NCBI RefSeq assembly: GCF_902713615.1
Contig: NC_052146.1
Span: forward strand, 85,267,982-85,331,981
Length of the DNA: 64,000 nucleotides
Direction of reading: 5' to 3'
Origin: Scyliorhinus canicula
Taxonomy: Eukaryota
The first letter of the stretch is position 1. Each line of letters opens with the position of its first letter. Position numbers and translations under genes: made by a program. Below are positions 24,662-38,121 of this stretch, piece after piece. The notes below the pieces were generated by a model. It was not told where the DNA came from. It searched no databases and saw only the letters and a program-made list of their open reading frames with translations.

Positions 24662-25290
24662 GGGGCAGCACGGTGGCACAGTGGTTAGCATTGCTGCCTA
24701 CGGCGCTGAGGACCTGGGTTCGAATCCCGGCCCTGGGTCACTGTCCGTGTGGAGTTTGCACATTCTCCCCGTGTCTGCGTGGGTTTCACCCCCACAACCC
24801 AAAGATGTGCAGGGTAGGTAGATTGGCCACTCTAAATTGCTCCTTAATTGGAAAAAATAATTGGGTACTCTAAATTTATTTTTTTTAAAAGGTGCTCATG
24901 CATATCTGTGCAGTGTTTTATCAAACTCATTAGCCTATTTAAAATAAATAGTCTGGCGCCAATGACCCAGGTTCATTTCTGGCCCTGGGTCACTGTTTGT
25001 GTGGAGTTTGCACATTCTCCCTATGTCTACGTGGGTCTCGTCCCCACTACCCAAAGATGTGCAGGTTAGGTGGATTGGCCACACTAAATTGCCCCTTAAA
25101 TGGGGAAAAAATAATATAAATAGTGACTTAATAATAATAATCTTTATTGTCACAGTATACTTACATTAACAATGAAGTTACTGTGAAAATCACCCCGTCG
25201 CCACATTCCGGCGCCTGTTCGGGTACATAGAGGGAGAATTCAGAATGTCCAAATGACCTAACAGCACATCTTTCGGGGCTTGTGTGGAGC
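24662..25290. mobile_element. SINE cluster: two short V-SINEs (+) and a Rex1-tail SINE fragment (-)
   Basis: 24662-24890 with TSD AAGGTGCTCATGCAT; 24955-25120; 25130-25290. Confidence 0.8.
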
Positions 25291-26078
25291 ACCCAGCAAA
25301 AAGCTGGTAATAACTAATCAGTGACTCTACTGGAAAGTAGTCAATGCAGATACTGAGTATACATATAATATACATGCAATATACACTTTGTCTGTCCATG
25401 GCCAAGTCATCAGTTGACATTCAATTTACTGACTTAAACATTTGGTATAGCCATTTTGATAGTACTAAAATGGGCTTGTTCACTATTGTGCATTGAGGAA
25501 GGGTTTACCCAGGGAATGAAAAAAAACCTCAGAAATAGATACCAAACCAGATAGCGAAATCTGACCAAGTTCACAGTTACAGCTCTCACATTGTTCTGAT
25601 GTCTTTACTATAGTTGCATCTACCCTTCAGGAAACATGTTCATGGTTTGGAAATTTCTCTGATGGCAGAATTCTCTGTGGAGCTCTTGTGGAATAAATGT
25701 GTTCGCAAACACATTAAACATCCAGCCAATATCTAACTTAAACACAAATTTCCTTGAATCAAATTGTTGAAGTACCAGCAAATTGATGTCAGATGTTTTC
25801 AGCATGTTCAATAATTACCCTTCATATCTTCTAGCAGTGCTGATCAAGCTGGGGCTGATGGAACTCATGTGGCTCTTGAAGCCATGGCAACTGAGTCTTA
25901 TTTGTACATATTTGCTCATTTGTCCTCTTTGAATTTTGTCGATTAGGAAATTTGGAAAAGGCAATAATTAGTGCTCTTGTCTCATTTATGAATATGTCTA
26001 AATCTGTGCAGTGATCCTGATATTTGCAGCAATTTAAGATATTCCAAATAGTGATGTGATGCTGTGCATAAGCAATCA

Positions 26079-26350
26079 TGTATATAATGATATAAATGAC
26101 CTCCGGCCAGCAGGTGGCAGTGTAAATCTACCATGTGACTCTGTACCTCGAGGAGTTGGGAGTTAGTCGTGTCAGTGGATCGTCATACCTGCAGTAGCTC
26201 TAGGATAATTTATCAGTATTGGTAGTTTGTAATATATTTCTAGTAGTTATCTTTACCACACATTTATTTTATAATAAAATACTTTAACTAGTCAAGAACT
26301 ACACGTTCTACTGTACATCATTCCCGCCGGCCAAGCACCAGAATGTAACA
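26079..26350 (+). mobile_element. Solo LTR (~270 bp)
   Basis: TG..CA ends, internal AATAAA, flanks AATCA/AATAA. Confidence 0.65.
26103..26122 (+). promoter_or_regulatory. CTCF-like motif inside the solo LTR
   Basis: CCGGCCAGCAGGTGGCAGTG matches the CTCF core CCASYAGRKGGCRS; motif only, no binding evidence. Confidence 0.45.
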
Positions 26351-26469
26351 AATAACATCTGCCTTGTGATCCATGACATGAATCTTTGCAACGATTCAGA
26401 GCAGACGCTTTGACACCCCTCACTATAGCACACACAAAAGGATTGAAGTGATAGTGAATGACATGATAA

Positions 26470-28728
26470 TGTCATGACACCCTGGGCTAGTGTACGGTCA
26501 ATTCCACTCCTATTTGACCCCATGTTATACCACAGATGAAAATAAATTTTATTTAAAATACCTGAGGTTCTTGGCTTTGCCCAATAAACTGCAGTCACCA
26601 AGTTTGTAACTTTGACATAAGTAACCTTTTATTATGTACAGTATTACAATTAAATGGACAAAAAAGGTAACTGACTATCACATAGCTGTTTCCCACCCCT
26701 CACTTCCGATCCCGCACCACTCTCTACATACATACAGACAAACACAGAGGGGGAAAGAGTGGTGTAAAGGGAAAGAAAAAAAAATTTTTTTTAAAATTTA
26801 GATTACCCAATTATTTTTTCCAATTAAGGGGCAATTTAGCGTGGCCAATCCACCTACTCTGCACATTTTTGGTTGTGGGGGCGAAACCCACGCAGACACG
26901 GGGAGAATGTGCAAACTCCACACAGACAGTGACCCAGAGCCAGGATCGAACCTGGGACCTCAGCGCCGTGAGGCGGGAAAGAAAAAATGTTAATAAAAAT
27001 AAAAGAATAAAAGGTCTTTGATGCACTGGGATAACCTCCAGTCAATATCGTTCTGAAGTTCAGGCTTTTATTTTGGTACTTCTTTCTAGGCTTGAGATGA
27101 GTTTCCTTGGCACGGTTGTCTACTTGCTCTGCAGACTCAGCATCATTTCAGGTTTAGAGCAAAGGACATGGCAGGCACTCACAACTTTCAGAACAATAGA
27201 GCAGTTCTTTCATTTCAGCAAACAGGAGAGAGAGAGCATTCACTTCCAAGGTCGCAACACTTCTGACCAGTTCTCTCAGAAAGCAACATGCAGAAACCAA
27301 TCACTAACTGTTGTCAGGCCGAACACTACCCCCGGCCAACCCACCAGTTGCTAGTTAACCAATCGAACCAACTCCCTCCAAACCTGTTTCCTAAGATCCA
27401 CTTGGTATGAAAGAATCTGGCTTCTCCTTTTGTAAGGATCCCTCCTGTTTGTTTCCTGTTTATTCCCTTATTCCCCCTTTCTTTTATTTTTGCAATTACT
27501 CTTTTGATCCATGGATGAGTAATGGACCTGTGACTTTAACACAGCCTGTATCTTTAAGGCAAAGCAGCTTGCAGGTGGTTTGTGCCTTTAAATTCAAGCA
27601 GAGGATTGCGACAGCAGGAGACCTCAGGAATGACTCGGATGGATTGATGTGACTGGTGGCCAATGAATGGGCCCAGGGTGCTGTGCCATGCCCAATAACA
27701 GGTGGTGATTGGATATTACCTCACTGGAATGTTTCCCACAGCCACGAGGTTCCATTGAAGTTTCACTTCCGATTCTGCAGGCTGGATGGAGGAATCTAAC
27801 CAACCAACTCCAGGAATATCCAATTAATTCTCACCAAAAGGCCACCCTATGAATCTGATAACTCTCTCTCCAGAAAAGGCTGTGCAAGCAGAATCCAAAA
27901 TCTGATAACTCTCTCTCTCTGCAAAAAAGAGGAGCACCCGGAGAAACTCATGCAGATACGTGGAGAACATGCAGACTCCATACAGACAGTGACCCAAGCC
28001 AGGAATCGAACCTGAGTCGCTGGTGCTGTGAAGCAACAGTGCTAACCACTGTGCTACAATGCCACCCATAACTCTCTCTAAGAGGAGGTTGACATGAAAC
28101 CAGAAGCCTCCCCTGGAAAAGCTGTGAGCAAGATACACTGCTGAACTGCAAAGAAGATATTTACATGCTGTAGACCAGAGACTTTAAATCACACTTATAC
28201 TGTGAAGAGAGAACTGAAGAACTCATCATCTGAAGCAAGGGCACTTATCTTTTGACCTTAATCCTTAGTAATGATCAACATTTTTCTTCCCCTCTGTGTT
28301 TGTCTGTCTTGTGTGTGTGGGTAGAGTGTGAGGCAGTTAGTGGGGAGTTAGATGTTAAAGGACTTTAACCAACTGTGTTCACTGCATATTTTATATTCTA
28401 GTTATAAATAAGTAGTCATTGTGTTTAACCTTACAACCCTGGTGACTGTTATTAATAGGAGGCCAAAGATGTTGGTACTTTTTCAACGAATTATCAGTTA
28501 ATGCACTTGTGTTGCGACTCCTGGGCATGTGGGGCTGGAATTGACTATACACTAGCCCAGGGTGTCATAACACTTTCTATAATGCAAAACCTGGGAACAC
28601 TTTGCCCTGAAAAGCAGGCTGTTTCAACTTTGAGACTTCTGCTTAAAGGCACATCCCGGTTATGCATCCACAGAGCAAAATAATAAAAGAAATGGGAACA
28701 AAGGAAATAATCAGGACGGACTTTTACA
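26470..28728 (-). mobile_element. Long solo LTR (outer), interrupted by a SINE (26780-26975) and a related LTR
   Basis: Minus strand begins TGTAAAAGTCCGTCCTG and ends CTAGCCCAGGGTGTCATGACA; both ends are homologous to the inner LTR. Confidence 0.75.
27431..28572 (+). mobile_element. Long solo LTR (inner) with 4-bp TSD; contains a V-SINE fragment (27925-28068)
   Basis: CTTT|TGTAAGGATCC ... CTAGCCCAGGGTGTCATAACA|CTTT. Confidence 0.82.
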
Positions 28729-29282
28729 GTGAAGATTGAATAACATTTGGAACAGATTTTTTATCTTATGGTGGTAACTGAATGGGTGGTTGGTTAATTA
28801 CATAGAATTAGCTGCTTTTGATAAACATTTGACTCCCACTGGGGACCAGTTATCATTTTAATTGGACACAGTATAAGCTGCAGAGATATATACAGTAGCC
28901 CAGAAGTGTGTCAGTTTCTACCTCACAGTTACCCACTCATGCAAAACCCATCTATAATTAAAAACTGAGGTGAGTGAGTCCAGGATGAGGAGGGGTTGGC
29001 AAAACTGGTCTTTTGGAAGATTGGTCTACGCTCCTTCTCACATCGCAGATGTATCACTGTTGTGTGTATGAACATCAACTGAGTGCAGAAGTGAACTCTG
29101 CCATGTCCCACTCTGTAGCCAACATAGACACTGGATTGATCTCTGCCAGCACCCACAACCACTACATCAGCAAGAAAACAATCACCTTAGCATCAGAAGG
29201 GGAGAATTATAGAACCAGAAGATTCATAGAATGGCTGAAGCTCAGAATGAGGCTATTCAGCCGATCAAATAGAAAACAAATT

Positions 29283-29853
29283 GAGCGCGATTTAGCGGTC
29301 TCGCCGCACCTGACATGGTTTTGGAACGAGGTCATCGAATCTCGCGAGAGACCTCTCGTGATATTCGCGACATTCTAAACGTTTTGCGAGATTCAACCGA
29401 ACCTCGAGAGATGTCGCATTCTGGATCTCGCTCTTTTTCATTGCGATCCAGATTGCGACATTCATATGAAGCGTTAGGTTCATTTAAATATGTGTGCGCC
29501 AGATTCCCCCAGCTCCCAGAACCTAACAACCTCTCCTGGGAGGCCTTGCCAGGGTGCAAATGTGGACCAAGAGTAATGGCACCTGGTGGATCTCCCTGGT
29601 CATTTGAGACCCCTTAGTGATGAGGGACAGGGCAGGATGACACCCTGGCACCTGGGATCGCCTCAGCACAGGAAATTACACTGAGTGTGGCCTCGGCGGA
29701 GAGGGGGAGCGGTGCGGTGGCAATCCCCGTCAGGGCCAAAGAAAAATCAGAGTGCCGTTAGATAGCAGGGCCGCTCCCAATGCTACAAGCGCCGGGAACA
29801 ACGCCGCTAATCGCATCTAGAATGGACTTTATTATTTTAGTTAGATTGCACCC
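29283..29853. mobile_element. MITE / non-autonomous Harbinger-like element
   Basis: Termini GAGCGCGATTTAGC / GTTAGATTGCACCC; internal TCTCGCGAGA-type palindromes. Confidence 0.65.
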
Positions 29854-32344
29854 TATAAGTGTGGGTGAATGTCAGTGTGGATCTCACCCAAAAGGTCAGC
29901 GGGGAACTTGCCCAAAATGGCATTTCGAAATTTATTGGTTGAATTTGCCCCTTGTCATAACAAATAGATTGAGAAAGGCCAGAAGAACAGAGTTGTCACT
30001 GTTTGAAGTTACACAGTATCAAAGCTTTGTTTATAGCTTTAAGCCAGGCCACAAAAAAGTCTTATTATAACTCCTCATTGGCAATTCAGGATGGACGATA
30101 AATGCTGGCCTTGCCAGCGACGTTCCATGAATGAACAAGGGAATGCTTCGATCTCCCAAATATTTGCGAGACTTCTCATGCAACGTCAAAAGAAATTCCT
30201 GCAGGAAGTGAAGAGAATGTGATTAACATCAAATGTATTCGAGCTGCAACTGAGTGCTGACTCTTGTCTGGCGTGAGGCGACATGTTTGGGATACATGAA
30301 ACAAAGGGATAATTTTAACAGTGAACAACCAAAGAGATGAATTAACTGGAATGATAATTCACTATTCATGCTGTGTTACTGCAATGAGCCACAATACACA
30401 AGAAGCAAAATGAAAGAATTCTTTGTTTTCCTTGTGTTTCTCTGTTTTATTATAAATAAGAATCCTGGTCAAGAAGTATTAAAAATTGAATATTAGCACC
30501 AGCTGGAGATATCTACAGTTTTAATTTTGAAGTGACAATGTCTTGGAAGCTCGCTGTATATATATCTGCGACCTGCACAAATAGCAATACTAACATTTAT
30601 TCTTGTTTGTTGTTAAGTTCTGTTCTGATTCTGTAGCAAAGAGCGCATACTGAAAGCTGCGAAACCAATTTTCCCAAATATCCTTTTCTCCGATCTGAAG
30701 TCAGTGCCTGTTTAGCCACTATCTGACTGCAATAGCTAATCTTATGGTCTAAACCCTGGAACTGACAATCTGTTATAATGAAGTCCAATACATGAGAAAT
30801 ACAACTGTACCAGGAGTCATATCACTTGTGGGGAACTTGGTTATTCACTGATTACTAACTGTGAGAAAAAGATCTTTATGGTCCACTGCACGATTGAGGC
30901 TCAGGCATTATCTTTCTCAAATGTTGCTGTGTTTATGATGCAGTTTTGAGCCAGAAATCTTTTAGCTGTGCTTGCTATTATAAATAAATTGCTTGAACTC
31001 CCCCCCCCCCCATCCTCCCACTACCCCCCCCAAAGAAATGTCATCCTGAACGGCAGCTCACAAAGGCTTATCTTTTCCTCACACAGGAGCCTACATGCCC
31101 ATTTAACAGCAGAGATCACGGATCAGGAGCAGGAAACCAGTCCAAAGATGTGCAGGTTAGGTGGATTGGCCATGCTAAATTTCCCCAAAGATGTGTCTAA
31201 GGTTAGGGGGGGTTACAGAGATAGGGTGGGGGAGTGGGCCTGGATGAGCCTCTTTTGGAGGGTGGGTGCAGACTCAATGGGCTGAATGCCCTACTTCTGT
31301 ACTGTAGGGATACTATGGATTCTATTAATCTACTTTTCAAATTCCCACCATTTCCCTGGTTGAGGTCAGTCTAAGACAGGGCTGGAAATCAGAAATGTAA
31401 TCGGCCCATAATCACACTGTGTTGCCCACTTAGTATTGAACGGCCACTATTTAATTTATATACATAAAATGTATGCAAATACATATGTTACACTGGGAAT
31501 CCCCAGTAAGAAGCTGAAATGCTGCACAATGATGGGAGGAAGCGACGGCAAGACAGTAATGAAGGGGTTTGCGATCCGGAGAGTGAAGCTGCCAGAAGCT
31601 CAGCTGTCAGCCTCCTCACACACATACAATTCTTTGTGCAGTCTTAAGATTAGCTCTGAAGACCTTTGAGTTAGAAGATTATTTCTTAAAACCCAATTTC
31701 AGGATTAGAGAATAGGAACCTGAAAGGAATTTCAGTACACGGCTCAGAAAGTGCTACTGTGCTGTGGTTCTTAACAACAATTTTTATCCCCATTATATAC
31801 TTAGGGAATATTGGCCAGGTTTTCAGCTGGAAGTCAGTTCCATGAGATTGTCACCGGTCGTGGAATTTGTTAAGAGTGTGCCTCTTGGATAGGAGGCAAT
31901 TTGAAGCGTGTTAAAGATAAGTATTTCAGACTATTTGTGAAATATTTTCAAGAGGGAATTGGAATACTATTTGAAAAGGAAGAAGGTGCAGGGTTACAAC
32001 GAGAAGGTGAGAGAGTGGCTCCAGGTGAGCTGCTCTTGCAGAAAGCCAGCACAGTCAGAATGGACTGAATGGACTCCTCACGCGCTGTGACAATTCTGAT
32101 TCTGTGGAGAGGATTCACCCCCCCCCCCCCCCCCCCCACCGCCCCCCACCAAGCCACCCCTCCCTGCAGCATATCATTTGTGGTGGCGGAGACACCCCGC
32201 CATTAGCTGCTGGCGGGATGTTCTGGTCCCGTTGATGCCAATGGGGTTTCCCATTGTTCGCACTCGCTGCTGCCGGGGAACCTACAGCAGGAGGGTCGCC
32301 ATCGGCAGGACCAGAAAATTCCACCCTGTAATTCTGTTTCTGTT

Positions 32345-32645
32345 GGAGGCCATTCAGCCCATCGAGTCTGCACCGGCCCTTGGAAAGAGCACCCCACTTA
32401 AGCCCACACCTCCACCCCATCCCGTAACCCAGTAACCCCATCTAACCTTTTTGGACACTAAGGGGCAATTTAGTACGGCCAATCCATCTGACCTGCACAT
32501 CTTTGGACTGTGGGAGGAAACCGGAGCACCCGGAGGAAACCCACGTAGACACTGGGAGAAAGTGCAAACGCCACACAGACAGTCACCCGAGGCCGGAATT
32601 GAACCCTGGTCCCTGCAGCTGTGAGGCAGCAGTGCTAAGCACTGG
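32345..32645 (-). mobile_element. Full-length V-SINE with CR1-type tail (HE1-like)
   Basis: Complete V domain plus tail GCAGACTCGATGGGCTGAATGGCCTCC, shared with CR1 3' UTRs. Partial copy at 31140-31325; adjacent MITE at 32105-32326. Confidence 0.82.
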
Positions 32646-33519
32646 TTAGCAGTGCTAACCACAGGCTTCCTGAGATATCATATCTTTCCACCAGTGACTA
32701 CACACCTGAATTTGCAGATTGGTGTCATGCTGTAATGCTGATAGAGGATTTAATTTACTCGAATAGAAAAGTGAGCCAGCAGATCCTTACTGGTATCACA
32801 TCTGTGTGAATGGCTGACTAACCATTTTGCTGAATGGTTCGTCCGTAGTATGCCAATCACAGCACGCCATGTTTTATCGAGCGCTGTGTGAAAAGCAGCA
32901 AGCCAGAGTGACCTAAAGCTGGTGCTGTCTGCAACTGTGACCCAGCAATGACAGAGGGAAATGACCTTCCCAGACTCAGTCACAGAAAGGCTGATCTGTG
33001 CCATCTGATGTAAAGGAGTATCACAGCAGAGTTTGGCTGGCAATGGTTAGTGAGGACCTGTTTCTTGGCTTCACCTTCTGCAGGCATGTTACAGAGCTAA
33101 CCTCTGCAAATAGTGCAGTGGGGTTGAACTGAAAGAAAAGCTTCACTAAAGAACCTCATACTGTTGTCACTTCAACTTCAGCAGCCAATTAACAAGAACT
33201 GCTCTGTCATCAGATTCACACCAATGCCAAAATTAATCCTGATATTGCGACACACTCATTTCATTGGAGCGATGATGCCAATTTGGTCCATGTGCATTCT
33301 TCCTTTTAATTATCAGTGATGCGCTCTCTTGATTTGATTCTGTAGCTAGTGTTGTGAATCATTTTGCAGCTAAGCATACAGCAGAGATTTGACTGCTTTA
33401 GATCTTGATATTTTGGATGAGGATTTGCTGTAGTTTTTTTCCATTTAGTAGTAAATTGCATCAGATATTTTTTAGCATATCTTCACACACAGGCACGCAG
33501 ACACAGACACCTTTTTCCC

Positions 33520-33677
33520 TTTGAGGAATAGTGAGGCAACGATTCCTGAGCTGATTATCAGCCTGTTGAACATCATTGCTAATACTCCTTCTGTGCCAAC
33601 AAGTCCTGGCATTGGACTCAGACCTGGAGCTTCTGGTCCAGAGGTAGGGACACTACCCATTGGGCCACAAGACCTCT
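33520..33677 (-). mobile_element. Older tRNA-derived SINE (third head type)
   Basis: Head GAGGTCTTGTGGCCCAATGGGTAGTGTCCC..; similar copy at ~20180-20310. Confidence 0.55.
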
Positions 33678-33854
33678 CATTTGCGGTAGTAAATGTGAAT
33701 CTCACTTAAAGGTTGAAGATCAGAATGGGGGTGGTGCAGAGTGGATTTTCCCTGTTGTATAGGCATCTCCCCATTATATCGGACAGGGTTATTTAACAAG
33801 GGTTATAGGTCAGCTGATTCAATATGGCAAAGTTTCTATTCTCCACTGAAGTAA

Positions 33855-33975
33855 CATGTTGATTGATTGATTTATTGTCAAATGACCCGAAGTACAGTGA
33901 AAAGTATTTTTCTGCGGCCAAGGAAGCGTACGCAGTACGTACACAGTAGACAAAAAGAATAATCGGAAAGTGCAT
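33855..33975 (-). mobile_element. Rex1/Babar 3' end fragment
   Basis: GCAGAAAAATACTTTTCACTGTACTTCGGGTCATTTGACAATAAA(TCAA)n matches the tail at 60300-60365. Confidence 0.7.
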
Positions 33976-34599
33976 GTTACCCATGGTGTCTGGTCCAATA
34001 CTGCTTCAATCTCCCCCAAAGAAAAGCAAATAATAGTCTGTTTCTCTGCTGGCTTTGAGATCTGCCTCTGTGCAAAATGACTGCAATCTTTGCATACATT
34101 ACAATGAGTGCTCTTCAAAACAATGTGTTCCATGCAAATTGCTCAGGGGAACTTTCAGAGAGACACAATAAGGTATTATGTTAATGTAAATCTCACTTTA
34201 TATATATGGTGATTGTCTTTAATAGATATTACTGTTGGAGATGAAAACCTATGTGCAAGTGGCACCCAATGTCTAATCATGGCTCGGCACAACATTGAGG
34301 GCCGAAGGGCCTGTTCTGTGCTGTACTGTTCTATGTTCTATGTTCTATGTTCAACTCAAGTCAGGCCATAGGTAGCATTGATTCGGCACAGACTCAATGG
34401 GCCGAAGGGCCTCTTTCCGTGCTGTAAAACTCTGACCCTATGACTCTATTTACAATTAGCCTACTGCATCAGTCAATTAACAATAACTTGAATTTATACA
34501 GCATCGTTAATGTACTAAAATATTCCAAAGCATTTCACAAGAGCATATCAAGACAAAATTTAACACTGAACACATTAGGAGATTTAGACATTATTCCGA

Positions 34600-35066
34600 A
34601 GGAGAGGAGTTCCCTCTGATGTCCTGGACAATTATATATTTTTTAAGATTTTTAAAATAAATTTCGAGTATACAATTATTTTCTTTTTCCAATTAAGGGG
34701 AAATTTAGCGTGGCCTATTCACCTACCCTGCACATCTTTGGGTTGTGGGGGTGAGACCCACGCAGACACTGGGAGAATGTGCAAACTCCACACGGACAGT
34801 GACCCGGGGCCTCAGCGGTGTGAGGCAGCAGTGCTAACCACTTCGCCACCGTGCCGCCCACATCCCAGGCAATATTTATCCCTCAATCAACATCACAAAA
34901 CAGATTGTCGCACCATCATCACACTGCTGAGTGTGAGATCTTGCTGTGTGAAAATTGGCTGCTGTGTTTTTTACATTACAACACAAGTGACAACACTTCA
35001 AATGTATCTCATTGGCTGTAAAGTGCTTTATCGTTGTAAATGGTGCTATAGAAATGAAAGCCTTTC
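34600..35066 (+). mobile_element. Deu-domain SINE (SacSINE1/AmnSINE-related) with nested short V-SINE (34640-34858, -)
   Basis: ATATTTATCCCTCAATCAACATCAC..GATCTTGCTGTGTGAAAATTGGCTGC..CTTCAAA..GTGCTATAGAAATG. Further copies at ~33985-34170 and ~62930-63470. Confidence 0.65.
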
Positions 35067-37034
35067 GTTCTTTGTGGATCCCAGAGAAAACCACACATGA
35101 TAAGAATCTTCATATAGATTTACATTCCAATAGACTCAACCTAAGATATTTAATCTCTTTGTTATTGTGTCTGTCATGTGCTGGAACATCAAATTGAGCT
35201 GTGTGAATGTATTATTATCCACAAAAACAAGCTGTAAATATTTAATGTTTATCCTCCTTTACCAATAAATTCACCATTGTTAGCTTTGATTTCACGGGTA
35301 GAATTAGCTCACAATTGCAACTGTAAATAGTTTGATCACAATGTCTCTTGGATGGGATAGATATCATTCCTGTCACTGTCTAAAAGGAATGAAAAACCTT
35401 GTGCGAAATTCTCCGATCCCCCAGCCATGTGTTTCTCGGCAGCGCGCCGTTCGCTGGTGGCGGGATTCTATCTTCCCGCCGCTTGTCAATGGGTTTGCCA
35501 TTGAAACCACCCCACGCCACCGCAAAAAGTGAATCCCAACGACCGGAGAATTCCGACCACTGTCCGGATGTCTATTTGTTCTGTCGGGGTTATTTTGCAT
35601 TAAATCCAATACAGGAACAAAACATTCAATCCACACCCTGCCAACATGTATACCCCAAGTCAAATCATTACAGACTCTGAGCTCACCCTCTTCTGCCCAA
35701 ACTCTGGACAGTGTCAAACTGCTTAAGTCACTGTGGAATTCCCACCCCAGACTGTCTTATCATTGCTTCAAATTAGAGATGCTAATTTGATGGCATCAGT
35801 AGCATGCGTAGTCTTTTGCAACTTAGACTTTCTCACAGATACAAAGGGTTTGTCCATCCCATTATCTCTGATTGAAGGTACCCCCATGGAGATTTATGTG
35901 ACAGAGATAGTAGCAAAGTCATTACCTTACGTGTCCTCGCAGACACAGTTCTGTGCTGGACATAACCAACTCTTTGAGGTTTCAGTGACGTTTGTAAAAG
36001 AGAAGTTCTGCACAGTGAGCTTGCTAAGAAGTCTCTTAAAGCTGCACTCACTAATTCAATCAAAACATTTCAATATACTCAAAGCAAAAAAATTATCGAA
36101 GCAACAAAATCCCAATATATCACAGTGCAGACACAATGGTGAGTGCCCGTTGCTTCAATTGATAAACAAGAAAGATGAAATTTCATTCAACCCATTATCA
36201 CAATTGAAAACATATTCTGCATTTGGACAGACGTTGGGGAACTCTACCCACTGCCAGAATGTGTCTGGAGAGTTAGTTCCACGGTGCACCAAAACCGTTA
36301 AAGTGCCAAGTTCCCATATAATATCTTGTGCAAACATTCTCCCTGTCTCCTCTCCATGAAGACACTGATTCTTTTGGGGATACTGTTCCACGGATGCCTG
36401 GCATGTTAACTTGCCTGGAGCTTTGGTTAGTAATCAAGCACATTGAATGGCTGATTATCCCCTCCCTAGCCCAGGGACACAAAAAATAATTGTACTCTAC
36501 AGCTGTCCTGTTCAAAACAGCAAACTAAACACAGACTGAGATTTGAACTGTGGTCCTTTTGGACCGTATGCCTCTAGTAACGCATTGACTTCATCAACTG
36601 GGAAGCTGTCCTTCCTTTCAACAGAGTTTTGCAGGATTTCCTTTCCAAACATCTTTGAATAAAGAAAAATAACTTGCATTTTGCAATCAGTAAGAGGATG
36701 TGCAGTCCTCAAAATCTGCTATCAGAGCTTTTCAATCTATAGCAATCATCTGAACAAAACCCAGGCTGTAGCTTCGGAAACCTTCGCCAGGAATTCTGTG
36801 CTTGGAAACAGGAAATTCCTATTTACAAACAATCATTATGAACAGATAAACAGCAGGAAAATTGGTGTATTCAGTAGCAAAGATAGGCATGAAATTGCTG
36901 TGTTTCGCCTTTCTTAAACATTTACCACTTAACAACTTTTGCAAGTGGTACTGGGAATTCTAATTCCTCACTGATTCAAGGTTGCACCAAGGTTACACTC
37001 AATGCAGGAACTGCCTTGTGTAGAGTGGAACCTA

Positions 37035-37400
37035 CAACAATAACTTGGATTTGTTTCGCATCCCAACGTAAGGAAGTATCCCAAGTGTCAAAGTACCAAA
37101 CCACATAGGAGATATGAGGTCAGATGACTGCAAGCTTGGTCAAAGAGGTAGCCTTTAAGAAACATCCTCGATGATGAAAGTAAGACAGAGAAACAGAGAA
37201 AAAATTAAGAAAATCAGAGATACACAAAGGGTTAAAATAGGAGGAGCACAGAGATGCCAGAGAGATGTGGGGTTGGAGGAGATTACAGAGATAGGGAGGG
37301 ATGAGGACATGGAGGGATCTGAAAATAAAGATGAGAATTTTGAAAGCGAGGCATTACCAAACAGCCAACCTATGCAAGTCAGCACACATGGGAGTGATGA
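37035..37400 (-). mobile_element. Old L2-like LINE 3' fragment, followed by a short V-SINE (37430-37648, -)
   Basis: Reverse-complement similarity to the TTTAAAACCTACCTCTTTGACCAAG L2-like end at 63480-63690 (+). Confidence 0.55.
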
Positions 37401-38121
37401 GTGAAGAGAACTTGGTTTGAATTCATCTGTTTTTTTTTCAATTTAGAATACCCAATTCATTTTTTTCAATTAAGGGGCAATTTAGCGTGGCAAATCCACC
37501 TAGCCTGCACATCTTTGGGTTGTGGGGGTGAAACCGATGCAAACACGGGGAGAATGTGTAAACTCCACAGTGACCCAGAGCTGGGATCGAACCTGGGACC
37601 TCGGTGCCATGAGGCAGTAGTGCTAACCACTGCGCCATTGTGCTGCCCTCGAGTTAATCTGGTTTAAACTCAAAACCAAGAATGTCCAAAATCTGCTAAT
37701 TATGTATTGATCTGAGTTTTGTGCTGGGGTATAGTTGCTACGCTGGGCTCAGTGCCAATTGTTTAGGGTAAGAACTAAACTGGGTCCCCTTACTTATCGT
37801 TATCCAGTAGCTGCTTCTGGAAGCTGTATGTGAGCTTACTGCATGCCTAATGAGCAGAACAAGATAAAGTTTAGCTGTGAGGCTCATTGTATAGTTGAGT
37901 AGCGTCTCATTACTCAAAATGTCACCTCCTGAATGAAGAATTGGCATATCTTTGGTATGAGACGGAAGACAATGCTATTGAATTGCATCCAATCACCTTC
38001 AGAGGAGAATAAAAAATTAGGTATATTCAGAAGTTGAAATGAAGACTCATCTCTAGTTTTCATAATGAGTAACAGTATACATGAAAACTCACACAATCCT
38101 ATCCTTAGAACTGTCCAGAAA

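Noticed and set aside
26470-28572. Apparent 2.1-kb TIR, foldback or DIRS-like element
   Set aside because: No TSD around this span; better explained as nested antiparallel LTRs, since the inner one has a CTTT TSD and the outer continues to 28728.
30649-30756. Scattered minus-strand splice-bounded open segments (also ~35931-36050 and ~38702-38881)
   Set aside because: Peptides unrecognisable and cannot be chained into a gene model without transcript data.
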